A DNA stretch of 48,689 nucleotides, counting the filler, from Catajapyx aquilonaris (taxonomy: Eukaryota): the NCBI GenBank assembly GCA_000934665.2. It is 3 parts of 3 records of this genome, joined end to end, with 100 filler letters (N's around TTAATTAATTAA, not from the genome) between each part and the next. Parts side by side here need not be neighbours in the genome. Positions count along the whole stretch, not along the records: positions 1 to 16,161 come from KZ539663.1; 2 more parts are not named here. One strand, given 5' to 3'. The translations under genes were made by a program, and so were the position numbers. The notes beneath the pieces were generated by a model, which worked only from the letters and a program-made list of their open reading frames with translations, was not told the DNA's origin and made no database searches. Position 1 is the stretch's first letter, and every line of letters starts with the position of its first letter. This document shows, piece by piece, positions 1-13,852 of the stretch.

Positions 1-889
1 TGCCCACGCTTTATTTTTCGTCATGTAGGCCGTATAAGAATATAAGTAAAGCAAGACAATACTGCAGTAGCTGAATTCCATGGAAAGAAAGTCATGATTC
101 TTCTGTTCAGTTCAAGGTAAAAGAGAAAGCTGAAGATTGAGGAAAAAAATTATTTTCTACTTTTTAGTGCACTTGGAAATTGGATTAATATAAAGCGTGT
201 TCTTAAAAAGGTTTTTTATTTATTTTTTACCAAGCGAATCTGAAAGAGCTTTCGTTTAATAATATGGTCTAATCACTCTAATGGATTGCTTACTTATGAG
301 CGCAAATCAAAATGATGTTTCTCGTATTGTGATCACTTAGGCCTAATTTGTATATCCTGTATCCATTCACAACAATGGTTTTTGCACCCATGTTGTACAA
401 TATTTTGATTATTGTAATGGTGATTTTAATATTATACTATTTACGTAATAAACTGATGTAATTCCAAGTTAGAAGAGTACTGTACCAAGGGGGTAACTAC
501 TTCGGTACTCCGCGGTGTACACCTGCGAGTGGTATTCCCAGGTACTCCTTAGATACCTTACTCTACTCCTTGAATTTGGTCATCCAGGGTACACTTTTCA
601 GTCGATTGGTTCGAACAATCACTATCATGCTTCATACTCATCCACTGCTGTGCAATATGAAATAGGCTACCGGTATCTAGACTAGCCTACTTACTGGCTT
701 ACATGCTAATGATCAGGTTAGTAACTCCATCACCCTGATATTTTCCACTTTTGAAGATATGCATTATGCATTATAATTATGTTGTCAATATCGTCGGTCG
801 CTATTAGGTAGGCCTAGAGTACTATACCCGTATGTTAAAAAAAGTACAGTAGGCATACTGAGATGACTCGATATTGGTTAAATTAATTA

Positions 890-1271
890 CAAAGGCTTCT
901 TAGGAAAAAGGGCCTCATTCCAGAAATACTGAAACGGAGGGGGGGAAAATGTATTTCTAGCCTCTGGATTACATTCTAATAAAAATGTGAAAACATGCCA
1001 GATACAGTGACAGCACTGGAGTTTGAGTATCACCAAAACAAAGAATATTGTACCAACCTAAGTATGATAAAAAAAAAATATTCACTTAATGGAAGGAGGC
1101 CCTTCTTGCCCAAGGCCTTATATTTCGTATTTCTAAATGAGGGAGAAGGAGGCCCTTTTTGATCACAATTTCTTTTCCACCATCAAGCTTTGCAAATCTT
1201 CTACAAGTTGGTAGCGATATCTCAATTTCTGGATTTTGTGGAATGAGGCCCCTTTTCCTAGGAACCCTTCT
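890..1271. mobile_element. MITE with ~40-bp imperfect TIRs, TA-flanked (Tc1/mariner-like)
   Basis: Left AAGGCTTCTTAGGAAAAAGGGCCTCATTCCAGAAA vs reverse complement of right end AAGGGTTCCTAGGAAAAGGGGCCTCATTCCACAAA; TA at 888-889 and 1272-1273; internal GAAGGAGGCCCTT repeats. Confidence 0.6.
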
Positions 1272-4200
1272 TACTTCCCAAAAGAGTAAAAAATGGTGCA
1301 GTAATTGAATGATGGCCACTTCTTAGCCAGTTCAATACGGTATATTTCCTAGAAAGCCGAACTGTCCATTTATGTCATCCACACAATGTTAGCTACTAAC
1401 ATGAGTCCGATTAAAATAATGATAAACAAAATATCCCGACTCCAAGATAGTGTCTCAAGCCATATGACTAGGCCCTTAGATAATGACCAGGTCATTTATT
1501 TGCAAAAGAATCTAGCTTCCTTTCAGAAAGGCTCTGCAGATGGAAGCAGCAGGCAACGGAACTCATCTCACCGATATGCTAGCCCTCGAGGACTGACTGC
1601 CCTCTCGTGTTACATCCGATATTCAAGGTATACTACTAAAGTACATCTTCAGCTTCCCCCCTGATAACGGTTGTCAATAATGTGCAATTTGGTTTATTCG
1701 GCAACTGATCAAAACCCTATAGTATATTTCACTCATAATAGTGTAGGACTGTAGGCTGTCTATTACTATAGACTACTCTTATATAAACTCGTTCAAATTC
1801 ACCAAAATTGTTGCAAATGTAACTTACATCATTACTAAAATGCTTTTTCAATCAAATCAATCCGAGTTTACATCGCAACCGATAATGGTGCGAATATACA
1901 TAACTCATTTACGGTAATTTCCTGTTGGCATTATGATGTCCAGCAATCTGCATTTTTAAACCCGTCAGACAGACGCCCCCTGTTGCCATAACGGCTTCAA
2001 TAAGATGATCACACTCGAGAAGCATTTGGGATACTAAGCAAGGATAATGCTCACACCTTCCACATCAAGTATCAACAAGTTATGCGCATACATTGCCCGA
2101 AGGTTGAAATTCGCCCAACTCGTCTGAAATCATGACGTAAGCAGGAAATCATGACTGGCAATGCCTCCTCGTTTATTGACGCTGTTTTGGCAGCCATGGG
2201 GACAAAGCACGCGCTCATTCAGAAACCACAATTATTAACCGTCTCAAAAAAAAACTCGGTGAGAGATTTTTTGAAACATCCTCTGGTACTTCACGCTAAC
2301 TTAACTGGAGTACAAATCCAGGGTTACTGTACAGCAGCGCCTACATGTTCCCATGCACGTAATAAATGAATGTGCAGCATGCACCGTTTGAGTTGACCTC
2401 ATTCCCACCAGCGATTATTAGCTCGGGTTCACTTTCTTTCGGGCGTGCCATCTCTTCTAGATTTTTTTTTTTTTTTTAAGTTTGGAAGGTAATAGTTGTA
2501 GATGTTGCCATCGGCCTTGATCTCCTGTGGTGTCATTACAAGAAGCAGCCATACAGTTAATTGCTTAATTAGTCAAGTTCTTCTCATTCCACCTGGGGAT
2601 TGCAATTATGGCGCACCAATGGCTGATCTTATGCATTGTTTCAGGTGGGGAATGAAAGAGAGGAAACGGGGCCGGGAAGAAATTTGGCCTTCAATTTGTC
2701 CATCCGTGGTTAGCAAAAAAAATGTTAATAAAATGTAATTTCTTGTGCAAAAACCTTCAGCCAGATTACGTGCAGTTGACGATACTCTGTAATATTCAGA
2801 AATGAATGCACGGTTACTTTCCACATGGCGAAAGTTAATAGTATGGTCTGTCCATTCATTCGCGGCGGGATAAAAGAATCGCGTGTTATGAAGCATTTTC
2901 TTCGGGACGATGAAGTAGCAATATGTATACGCTGGTTTTCGAAAGCTGCTTCCTGTGGCTTGGGAATTTGAAATCGGACGATTCGTAACCTTTGTATGGA
3001 GAAGCATATGAGTAGTATCTTCTCTTATTTTTCGTAACTGGCATTGTGGTATTCGTAATATTATTTCTCGTGTGTAGTTCGGTAGTGCGTGAAAATGCGA
3101 AGAATGTAGAGAATGTGAACCTGTTATGTGTAGCTCCTCGCTTGCAGAGTTCAACGCTGACTGAGGATGACTTGACCTTTCTATACGGTCGTTAACATCA
3201 AGAACCCGAAATCGCTTTACTACTTTTGGGCTTGGCTCCATAAGTTAGGTTAAACATATCGTACGAGGCCAAACTAGTTTTTCCTTCGGCAGGAACACTA
3301 CAGAGTTAAGTCATTTATGTCAACTTGTAATTTACTGCTGATTTTATGAGCTACCAGTGACCATTTTCCATGAGATTATAAGAATTAGGCGCTGTAAGAA
3401 AAACCTCTTATTTGGTACCTTATGGAAGTCTCCCATACGGACTCTACTGAAGAAGAAAAATTGTTGTGAAAAACTTGGCCCGCAAACACTTGACACTGAT
3501 AGATTCCCAGTAGATAGACAATGTTGCAATCGATGTAACCTTTTCAGCATGATTTTGCCCGCTGACTTCAGTCATTACGGCAGCCTTCACATCATCGCAG
3601 GGTTGTATAAGAAATTCCATTATGGCACACATATCAATCCATTATCAAGGTAATTACTCCTAAAGGCAAAGTGTTGCTAAGTGCAAAGGTACATAATTAT
3701 GTAAATTAATGAGTACCAAATAAGTCCCAAGTTCCATTAATTGGCGGTACTAGGGAAGTACACATGCAGTGGCGTAGCTTCATCCGAAAGGTTATGCGAG
3801 TGTTGTTCTCGCAGTTTTGAACCGGCTGGCATAGATAAATGTGACACAAGGCTAGGTTCCCCCCAAGAGACAAGGTACTGCATACAACAGTGCTCCCCAA
3901 CCTTTTGGCACATACTCTTGCCTGACTGGCACCGCAGGAAGCATTGCATATTTCAAGTTTCACTATTATCCTATGCAGGTCTCCACCTATATTCACTTTT
4001 GACATTCAGTGTATGGGTAATCCAACGCTTAGTAGGAGTCCAAATTGGCACCAGACCAGAGTTACTTGACCACAAATAGGGCAAATTGACTAGACAGCTA
4101 TAGTGTAGAACAATCTCTCCAGGAGTCCGGATGTGACACTCCATGCTGCGTCGGAATAATGCATGTCATGTGAATTGATAGGCAGTGAAAACGGCCACTG

Positions 4201-4769
4201 GCATTATACCATACAGTAGAGCCCTTCTTCGTGTGTGTCTACAGGCTATTCCTTAATTTTGTGCTCTCAACAATGTACGTGAGTGACGGGAACATATACA
4301 CTGCACGCTACATGTGGCAGGCAGGAGTTGTAGCGTGATATCAGGACAGAATTCTCACGAGTCAGAAATCTGCATTAGCAATTTATTCGAAAGATGATAA
4401 CGGGGATGCCGCTCAAGCACAGATTAATGGCATTAAAACGCTTTGAAAATGTATCAACAGTGAAGGACAGCGTCAGACTGATGTGATCGAACCAGTCGAA
4501 CACACCATTTCGTGCTGGACAGTTTACATAATTTTTGCATAGTTTTAATATGAATTTTTGTATATGTATATGTGTACATTGTGTGAGTGTTTATGTGTCT
4601 GTATGTATTTTCATATCATCCTTTTCATTATCATTCTATCCATTCTATCCTCTGCGTGGCCTGACCAGTCACCAGAGGATTCATTAAACTGGTCGTACGA
4701 GATGCCCAGGTGGATTGTTCCTGGTCATCGCTGGTAACCCGATCTTGGGAATATGCCGTGAGTACGTAT

Positions 4770-4792
4770 AATGAATGAATGAATGAATGAAT
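4770..4792 (+). repeat. (AATG)n microsatellite, possibly the 3' tail of a retroposon fragment (4631-4792)
   Basis: Five-plus AATG units directly after a more GC-rich 140-bp block. Confidence 0.7.
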
Positions 4793-5220
4793 CAACACTG
4801 AAGATAAGACGTTTTGCATGTTATAATATGAATTTTAGCAAGCCCAAATAATGGAAAATAAATTATTTTGGAACTGGAATTATGTGCCGTAATGCATAGT
4901 CACAATGAGTTACAAGAACCCGCCCCCCCCCCTTTTATTAAAAAAAACGACTTATGAAACTCCAAATGAAATAAAAGTCAGTAATCTACGCATACTGCGT
5001 AATATCCCGTCTCCAGGCCGAGACTTCAAATCTGCCATTTACCTGCATCCCAAGGCTAAATATGAATATTACAGTGCAGGAGCAGAAAGTAATATTCAAC
5101 TGCATGGACATTGGACATGATATTAGCATTCAACATAATACTACGACGTCATTTCCAACGTATTTATCATTGACATGTATAGCTACAAGAGTGTCAGTGA
5201 TGAACAAAAGGTTGGATAAA

Positions 5221-5227
5221 GTTGTTG

Positions 5228-5291
<64 letters not shown>
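5221..5291 (+). repeat. Compound (GTT)n(ATT)n microsatellite
   Basis: Directly visible trinucleotide run; explains the poly-V/poly-I ORF 5062-5334. Confidence 0.97.
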
Positions 5292-5292
<1 letters not shown>

Positions 5293-6479
5293 CTTAAATT
5301 TCACTTGGATGGTTGGAAATGCCTCAGTTATTGAGTGCACTTCCTCTGTCGGGCAGCCACCTGCTTAAAGTTAATTGGGAATTTCCGCCAATTGTAAACC
5401 GAGTTTCAATATTTAGGTCTCACCGTTAATCCAAGAGTGGAAAGTTTATGACGACTGCCGAGTTTGGTTAAAAAAATGTGATGTAGGAAAAGCTGGGACT
5501 ATCTGCACTTCGAAGGAGTATATCGATTCTGATGCAATTTAAAACAGCTTGAATTATTTTCAGGAATCGTTAGAATATTATTTATGGCGTACGTATTTGC
5601 AGTACAAGTGATGCTATTATCGCAGAATAGTAATTTACACTTTTTCTACACCTATTTTGCCATAATAACAAAAAAGGCACATCTGAACTTTGAGTGTCGC
5701 GTTTTCCTCCGACTTGCCTGGCCTTATCGCCCTTATTGCAATTACGAAGATGTGCCTTTTCCTATAGTAAGGCAGCCGTATTGCAAAATAAAACCCAACA
5801 CTTGGGTCTAGTCAAGAATAAATTTATCCGTATTAGTGCTTTAAGTAAAATAAGTTTCAATTTAATTTTATGCATATTCCATATCTGCATTGTGATGTTA
5901 CATTCGTGTAAGGTATAGATGTACGCATTACTTTAACCGCCTTTGGTGGCGTCATAATTAAACCAGTTATTTCTTGGGTAGCATCAGCAAGTAATAATAT
6001 GCTTTCAGGCTTACAGGAAGCACGTAAATCTTCTATTTTCAAATAAATGGAAGGATATCCAAGCATTAGCTCAGCTGACGTCCTTCACTAGTCTGTAGTC
6101 ACACGATAACTATGATAATCTGCCTTCTAGCGTTATGCAAGTACTAATAGTTACACGATTAATGGCATAGTAGCCCACTACCATTGTTGCATCTATATAA
6201 CATTGCTAATAATATCACGACAGATTCACCAAGCTATACCAGTATGAGCATCATAATTTTGTATTACTGATACAGCAAAGTACGTATGCAAACTCTGGTA
6301 GAGAAATAAAGATATCTCATTATGACTAAAATTTCATGCCAAACATTGTAAGCAGCGAGGCCAGTGTTCAAAATTTCCCGAAAAGTGGCACCTACGTCCT
6401 AATTCGAATTTTCAAAACGGCTCGGCAGTTATTTACCGCAGCCAAACAATAAACACCAAGTATAACGGATTCCATTCAT

Positions 6480-7900
6480 TAATCGACCCATAATTACAGC
6501 CACAGAACCGGTACTGTACACTGCCAATGACGGAATATGCGTGTGGGCAATCAAGGCCAAAGAAATCCTGGCCGCATCTGACAATGCACTTGGGCGCACA
6601 CAAACATTCCAACAGTGTTAGTGTATCATCCATGCTGATGTAACCTCCTGCCCTCAATCTCCTCTGAAAGTGATGTATTCACCGTCCTCCGGCAAACGCC
6701 TCCTATTCTCACCTGCACCTGCGTATCAAAGCCATTATTATCATCCGGCTTGCAGGATCAAAGCATCCATCACCTTGTCACCTTTCCCTGCACGCTGCCC
6801 ACTCGCCACACCATCCATCACGTACCTTACCAATAATTGTCGATACTATCGGTTATCCCTGCACCCGCACCCATTGTTGAAAAAAAATGCTTGCCCATTG
6901 TAATCATCAAGTGTGTCGCAATCGCTTTTAGCCTATATTTGCACAATTTAGGCAGTGATTATTAGGACCTCCCTTGAATGGGCCAGAATAAAGCCACCTA
7001 CGTGTTTCTCTTTCTGCGGACCAATTTGTCACGATTAAGAGCGGCGTGAAAGAAACGTTATGCGGTGATTAGCAGCTGAAAGGAGACCAGATTATTTCTC
7101 TAGTGCTTTACAGAAGAGTTCAGTCATCAACGTCAATCACTGCTTTGTGGTCCATGTTGGCCGTTCGGGGGAACAGAAAAGGTTTGAAGCATGACTTGAT
7201 GCTACCATAATTGATTGAGGTTAATAGTCAGCGTTGCCTGTTTTGTGTGTGGTTTCCAGCGATGTACGTGTTGTGCTTCTTTCCCGCGACGTGATTGGGA
7301 CTTGCGCCATTCATGTAACGCATCTGAATACCCGTCTTCTGAACTCATTCTCCATAATAAATGACTTCATTTCCAAGGTTACTCTCCAGAAGAGGATTAC
7401 GACCTCCAGCGTGACTTTGCATTTTATCAGCACATTCCACATTCTTAGGAGCTGCTAATGAAAACATTAACAATCCTGATCGGCAAGGTCCTTCCTCCTG
7501 CTTTTTAGGTCATCGTGCAAATAACATTTTGGCTTAAAAGAGTGATTTCCAATCATAAAATGACCCCGGTTGTCTGCTACCCACAGGTGGTTAGTGATCA
7601 AGGCCTCTGCTCTGGATTCATATATGCAGTCTTCCTCCCTCGCCCAATCCTTCGCATTCCGTATATCCTCCTGGTCAGCATGGAAAGGGCAAAGCGCATC
7701 GGTTTGTTTCCGACACAAAAGAAAGTGCGGGGCACGACTCCGATCCGACTTGAGGCATTCAGAGCGTTCGGTGATGACCTTTCTTCTCCTTACAGAGACG
7801 ATCCTCTCGACCTTGATGATGCTCTTGCAAGCACAGCAGCAGACGCCCCGAGAAAGTAGACCGAATCTCGTGGCCTTCCTTAGGCAGTGAAAGGATTCAG
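6480..7900 (-). pseudogene. Degenerate multi-exon gene, possibly a distant paralog of the 13-exon gene pair
   Basis: Exon-like blocks 7670-7581 (CAG|EDIRNAKDWAREEDCIYESRAEALITNHLW|GT), 7454-7332 (LLRMWNVLIKCKVTL...MENEFRRR) and 6645-6586 (GYISMDDTLTLLECLCAPKC); stops and frameshifts between blocks. Confidence 0.35.
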
Positions 7901-10900
7901 CTACGGAAACATACCGCCGCACCTTCGATCACCAAGTGGGAAAATGGAATCTTAGAAAATCGCTTCAATTGAAGTGTTTAAATTAACTGGTTCAATTTTG
8001 AGGAGCCATTAATCAAGATGTTATTTCGAAAACTGCAATAATATTATTATTCATGAAATGTATATCCCACATTCCCACGATGGAAAACTTGACTTGTAAA
8101 AGTAAAAGTTGCGATCTCTGCCTTTTCTTGGGACTCTGGGTAGGGGTATAGTGAAGACTAACGTTGCCAAAAATGGACATCATTTTTTTTAAAGCGAAAT
8201 TCGTACTATTGGCACTTTACAGCAACAATAACCTTATCAAAACACCTTGCACGCGTACATCTTCAAGTCCACGATCTGGTTCAGGCCATTTACTCACTGC
8301 CTGTCCACGAGAGATACTGTATGAGTAACTCTATAGATAAATGTGCCGACAGCCATATTTCACATACTCATTCTACTCATCCTTCATATTCTTTCACGGC
8401 CAGTCAACCACATTTACACTATTCCGCTATTCTTCAAGGTAATGACCTGGCCACACCGCCTGGAGCTAAGAAGACTCCATGTGTATAAGGCACATGGACA
8501 ATAATTCAGTCATCCTAAGCCTCGTTATGTGTTCTTTCACTGCCAGTCACTCCATTCTGACAAGCACATTTACACCGTTCTGTCATTTCTCATAGTAATG
8601 AGCTGGGCCACGTTGCTTGGCGGTAGGCCAAGCTGACGAAAAAAAGATACAAATGTCCAGCCACTTCTCGATTACACCATCCCAGCAGGTTTCCAAAGTG
8701 GAATCAGTAGATTAAAACCACATATACTGCTCATTTGTGTACTTTGCGCGAATTCTCCGAAATTATACACGGATACGTGTTCCGAAACGGCAATGGTTGT
8801 CAGCTTACCTAGCTACCTGTTCTACCATTTGCATGGAGATGAGGTGTTGCATTGTGTCCCTGACACAAGAACTGGTAGGGAAGCCAGAAGAAAGATAGGC
8901 GACGGTAATGAGCAGATGGCGCCGCCTGGCGCTATAGGTGCGGGACATTTGTATTCACAACTTTATCTTCGTGAAGAAAATACTTGATCTGAGCACGCTC
9001 TTCTCATTCCAGCCTAGATTTATGCAAGGTCGGAATCGAACTGGAGTCATTTACGCTCAATGGTTCAGTAGGGTCATAAGAATTGAACGTTACGATGGAT
9101 ATCCTTCAGCTTCATTCCCTCACGTGCACCTTGCTCTGATCCAGCGACAGATGGCGGGAGTTATGCGAGTTTGCGGATATCCTCCGGCCATATTGTGAAG
9201 TGTCACTGACCTCTATTCCAGTGGCTATATTTATACACTTGATTGCCCTGATAGATAGGCCTACTATAAATTTTGCTTCCTCCGAGTGCCATGTGTCCTG
9301 GACATCACATTCGTCGTAAGAGCTATTATCTTATCAAAGGCAGTTCTAACAGTGAAAATAGCAGTTTTTATCAATTCGATGCCATTCGTGTCAAGTCACT
9401 GCTGTGTAAACATATGCCAACTGTAACAACATTGTGTTTTTTTTTACAATGTTAGAAAACAACCAATGTTCTCTCTTCACTAATTTTTATCATTTACCGC
9501 AATATAAGCACAAAGCAAGCCCAATAATGGTGCACATTAGATTGATATTTTGTTGTCCCAATATGACTGTCCAAGACACATAAAGATACCGCCTATGTGC
9601 AATCCAGTGTATGAGGTCAGTGTGAGCTAGGTGTCAACAATGCATCCGGAAACAACCAGTGACGTAATACGCAACCCAAAAACAGGTTCCGTGACGTGTC
9701 GGATAATGTGTGTGCAATTTGTGGAGGCCACTCCACATTTTGACATTGTGCGTGGCAGTGGGTGGAAGGCGGAGAGAGGGGGCTGGCCAATACGACAGGC
9801 TAATGAATTCACAACAAGGAGTGTGGTTTTTGGAGTGTGTAGGAAGGAACGCCCAACTAGTCCCTACTGAGACATCAGTTTCTTCCATTTGTAGTCAGTG
9901 ACCGAGGACAAAAGTCATATATTAGACTGCATAAGTTGTAGCAATAAATTTCCCTCGCGTTTCAGGTCTCCCTTTGTCTTATTACCGACTTATTCGAATG
10001 CAAGGGGCTGGGCAATTATTTTCATATCTAGCGGTCTCTTTCAAATATTAGACGCTTTATGACTTTACGGCGCAGTTTCTAGTAATGCAACCCAAGGCTT
10101 GCACTTAACCCTCGCGCTTATACTGTATATCAATCGGAAAGTTCTGTTAACTATTTCTTTATGAATCCTTAAAAAACCGTGAGCATGAATCTCTTTTTTG
10201 GACAAGGAACTACCTCTAGTTATTTGAAATCATGGTGTTCATTCGTGCACAGTCGTGATTAAAATAGCTGAGATGCATCTTGCATGCATCAAAAGTTATT
10301 GCTGCTGCCTGAGAATAATTCGTGATTTTTTTCGTAGATATGTTTGTGCTACATCTGCTTATACTGGCCCGTATGGTGGTCACGAAGTCAGGAAATGAAA
10401 AATTTGCATGTTTAGATGAATATGGAGTGCTTCCTCCCATTGCATTGGCATGTTTTTTTAAATGTTTATGGAAAAACCGCATTCTTATCGATTTACAAAC
10501 TGTGTTACTACAGAACCTGTAGTTGGAAAGTTTAAAGCTGCCTTCCCAGGATTACTCTCATTTTAAACCCGAGATGATCAAGTTTCTGTAACCTTCCCCT
10601 GAGAAATTACCCCACTCTCTCACACATTGTGTTAGCATCATGCACTGCGTCCAGTTTGGAAAGTTTTTAAAAATATCTTAGTTAACACGTATTTTTTTCT
10701 GTTTAAAAAGGAAGTAAGTTGGAGCATTTCCTCAAAACATTCATGACTCATTCCAGACTACTTGTCTGTGCTTCTTCGGTAGTCACCTATGGAATTTTAA
10801 TGAATATCAACAAGGTTCATATGACTGTGATTAGAGAAATTATCTCATTTTCAAATTGGAAGTAGCACTTCAGTTGGAATAATTTTGTGTAAACTAAACT

Positions 10901-12482
10901 GCAACTTTTTCAAAAAAAAAACACATGTGTCCACTTCTTGCAAAAAAAAAAAATCAAACTAAATCTGAGGGTCAAACAGATAGTTTCTCCTTGGCTGCTA
11001 CTTGACCAATTATATGCCAGTCATGACTCGTTCGTTATCGACAGCTGCCCCGTGTTGGGAAGTACAAGGATGGTCCTCGTCACACAGTCCAAAGACATGC
11101 ATACAATGGCACGGAGAAATATTGATAGTGTTTTCATTCATATGTTTCATTTCCTATTTTTGCCATTGCAAGTATGTTGTTGAAAACGCAAGTCATGATT
11201 GAAGGATGTACTCATGGAAAGTTCTTTGTGTGAGCAGAGACAAAAATTGTCGTCATAAGCATCGTTCACAATAATACGTATTAACTAATAACATTTGGAG
11301 TTATGTGTTTACAAGAGATGCTGACTGATCGTGGCGCTGAAATATTCATCATTCTCCCAGGGGGTCACAATGCATCGATTTATCACAGCGTCTTAAATAA
11401 TGAAGATATGATCCTTTACACCATAAAACTACGAAAGCTCCCTGTGGTCAAACTGAGATAGCCGGTTTTTGGACTCATTAGCGTCAGATACAGGAAGCCT
11501 TAAGAAAATAATTCAGAAACATGCAAACTGCTAGCAGATGAAAATCTGTATCTTAATAAATAAAATAATATTTCTGTAGGACTACAGAATGATCAAACAT
11601 TGGAGGTCCACTTCTTATCAGTCAAAACGGTCCCAAATACTGTGTAGAGAAATGTTGACATAATTATTAATCCGATTCTCCGAAGTTTATCAGGCACTAA
11701 GTAAGTTATGTTGTCAATCCACGAGAATTTGACGCACTGCAATGGGTAGAGCCGCAGGGAATGTTCATTATGCAATTAACTTAAATATCACATATTCAGA
11801 GCTACGTTTTTTGTGGAGCATTATTCTATTTCATGGGTTGACCATGTTAATAGTAGGCTAATGATTACTACCAAACAAGTTACAGTTTTGGTTATGTTTT
11901 AAACAAAACTGTAGGCCTATTTAAGGGAAATGATAGAGATGTTGACGTTGAAGAACAAAATTATGAATCATTCATTTGTTTTAGGTAATTGTGGTGTTCA
12001 TACCGCAATCTTAGCAAACAATTAATGCAGTAGTATCTATGTACTTTTTCTGTAGAATTCAAGGCTTTAAATATACAGTACGAGTATTTGGTAACAAATT
12101 CACAAGAGAAAAGTATATGCTATTTTATATTAATTACAATTCCATAAGGATCTAGAAACATAATTATATTCCTATTTCCTAATGACACATTCGTCAAAAT
12201 GCAGAATTTTAAACCAATAACTACAGTAATACGTAATACGTACTCAAGTGCAGCCTGCACTTGAATCAAATGCAAAATCGTCTATATGTTTTTGAGCGAT
12301 ATTACAGTACACGTCAATACTGAATCCATTACCTTGGCCTTAACTGTGGGTCATTCATGTACTCGTCTTCATGTACCGGTATTCGTATTCGTATTATCGT
12401 TTGCTGCATTTTTTTGTTGTTTTGAACAAAGCGTGACTTCTGTTGCTGACAGTATGACGATTTGTACATACGTATTATTGTA

Positions 12483-12798
12483 CAGAAAGATCCCGACTTA
12501 CGTAAGTGGATCGTTCCACACCATATGCCGTGTAAGGGTGACCGGACCATTACTGTCCGTCTTCCAAGGAACGTTATTGTGGCTTTGTTAAAACTTAAAA
12601 TGCATGTTATCAATATTGGCGCCGGGCCCGCGGCCGGCGATCCGAGACTCCGCATCTGGCACAAGTTGTGTCCTTTGGGAATATCCCTACATTTTCAATT
12701 TGTTGCGTAAATTCCGAAATTTTTTGCGTATGACAGAAATTATTACGTAAGCCCGGATCTACATAAGTCAAGGTTATGTATTAAGTCGGGGCTGCCTG
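12483..12798. mobile_element. Tigger/pogo-like (Tc1/mariner) MITE
   Basis: TA|CAGAAAGATCCCGACTTACG ... TTAAGTCGGGGCTGCCTG|TA: imperfect TIRs of the CAG..CCCGACTTA type, TA duplication, subterminal CGTAAG/CATAAG repeats. Confidence 0.65.
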
Positions 12799-13371
12799 TA
12801 TATGCCTACCCTCATGCATCCAGTAGCACAATAATATTCTTTATTTCAAGGAACTCTCTCGAGGTAGCACGTTCTATCTAGACGTATTCTCACTGTTCAG
12901 GTAGCACACGACTTCTTGGCTCACTTTGTCTGGGAAAGGTGTATCCTTTCCCACTTTTTTCCACCACCCTCCCGAAGCACTAATCCGCCACCATCTCCCC
13001 ATCCCCATCACTATGGATTCTCAGGTGGCGTGTTGGAAAACCAGAGGTGAAGTGGGTTGGGTTTTGATTGATTTATAATAATTGAAGGTGCTTTGGCCTT
13101 TTCACTGTCGCAGTGATCATATGAGACTCGAATCATAACATTTCATTACTCATGTGAGGTGAGATGAGAGAATCAGTCTCCATTACCTTGTCTCTATACC
13201 AGGTTACTCGCAGGTGAACACACATGGGCATAGCTGAGACATTCGCGAAAAAACACGCATTCAAGTGCCTTCTGACTGACATGGTACAGTGCTGGCCATA
13301 TATCGAGGCTACCGCCAGCGACATTTTTCCGAAGCGGCAGAAGAAAGGAATCGAAGATAAGCATCCGGGCG

Positions 13372-13852
13372 CAGGGGCGCCGGAACGGGGGGGGGGGGGG
13401 NTGACCTCCGTGGTTGCGGTTATAGGGGGGGCAGGGGGGGGCAAAAGGGTCACTTTCGGCCCGTCGTAAACTAGGCAATTCCTGGACAATCTTGCGGCAA
13501 GGTGGGCTAGGCCCCTCCCCTGTCACAAACGTCTGGTCATAGCTTAGGGCAGTGGTTTCCAACCTGGGGGTCGCAGGCAGGGTCTCGGGTGGTCGTGAGC
13601 CTTTGTTCAACTTTTTTTGCAATATCTGTGTAAATTGAACCATTTTTGCGGCCGTACAGACTACAGAGTGTATGTTTTCTGGAAATGGGTCACTTGTAGA
13701 AAGGGCCGGGGGGTCGCACATTTATGGAAACATGTTTATGGGGTCGCAGTTGGTAAAAGGTTGGAAACCACTGGCTTAGGGTCTCACGGATCCGGCCAAT
13801 CACAGACAGGTCCCCTCGTAGGAGCTGTGTAGCTGCTACTCAGCAGCCGCTG
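13372..13852. mobile_element. hAT-like non-autonomous fragment(s) interrupted by a younger hAT MITE
   Basis: Starts CAGGGGCGCCGGAACGGGGG (typical hAT MITE terminus) with G-runs; no exactly matching right TIR found. Confidence 0.35.
13550..13773. mobile_element. hAT (Charlie-type) MITE, 224 bp
   Basis: TIRs CAGTGGTTTCCAACCT / AGGTTGGAAACCACTG; perfect 8-bp TSD GCTTAGGG (13542-13549 and 13774-13781); internal GGGGTCGC repeats. Confidence 0.95.

Noticed and set aside
9030..9210. hAT transposase-like DRWRELCEFADILRPY
   Set aside because: No CxxH or TRWNS motif in frame; too short to call.
12462..12710. 82-aa ORF / apparent exon
   Set aside because: Lies largely inside the Tigger-like MITE.
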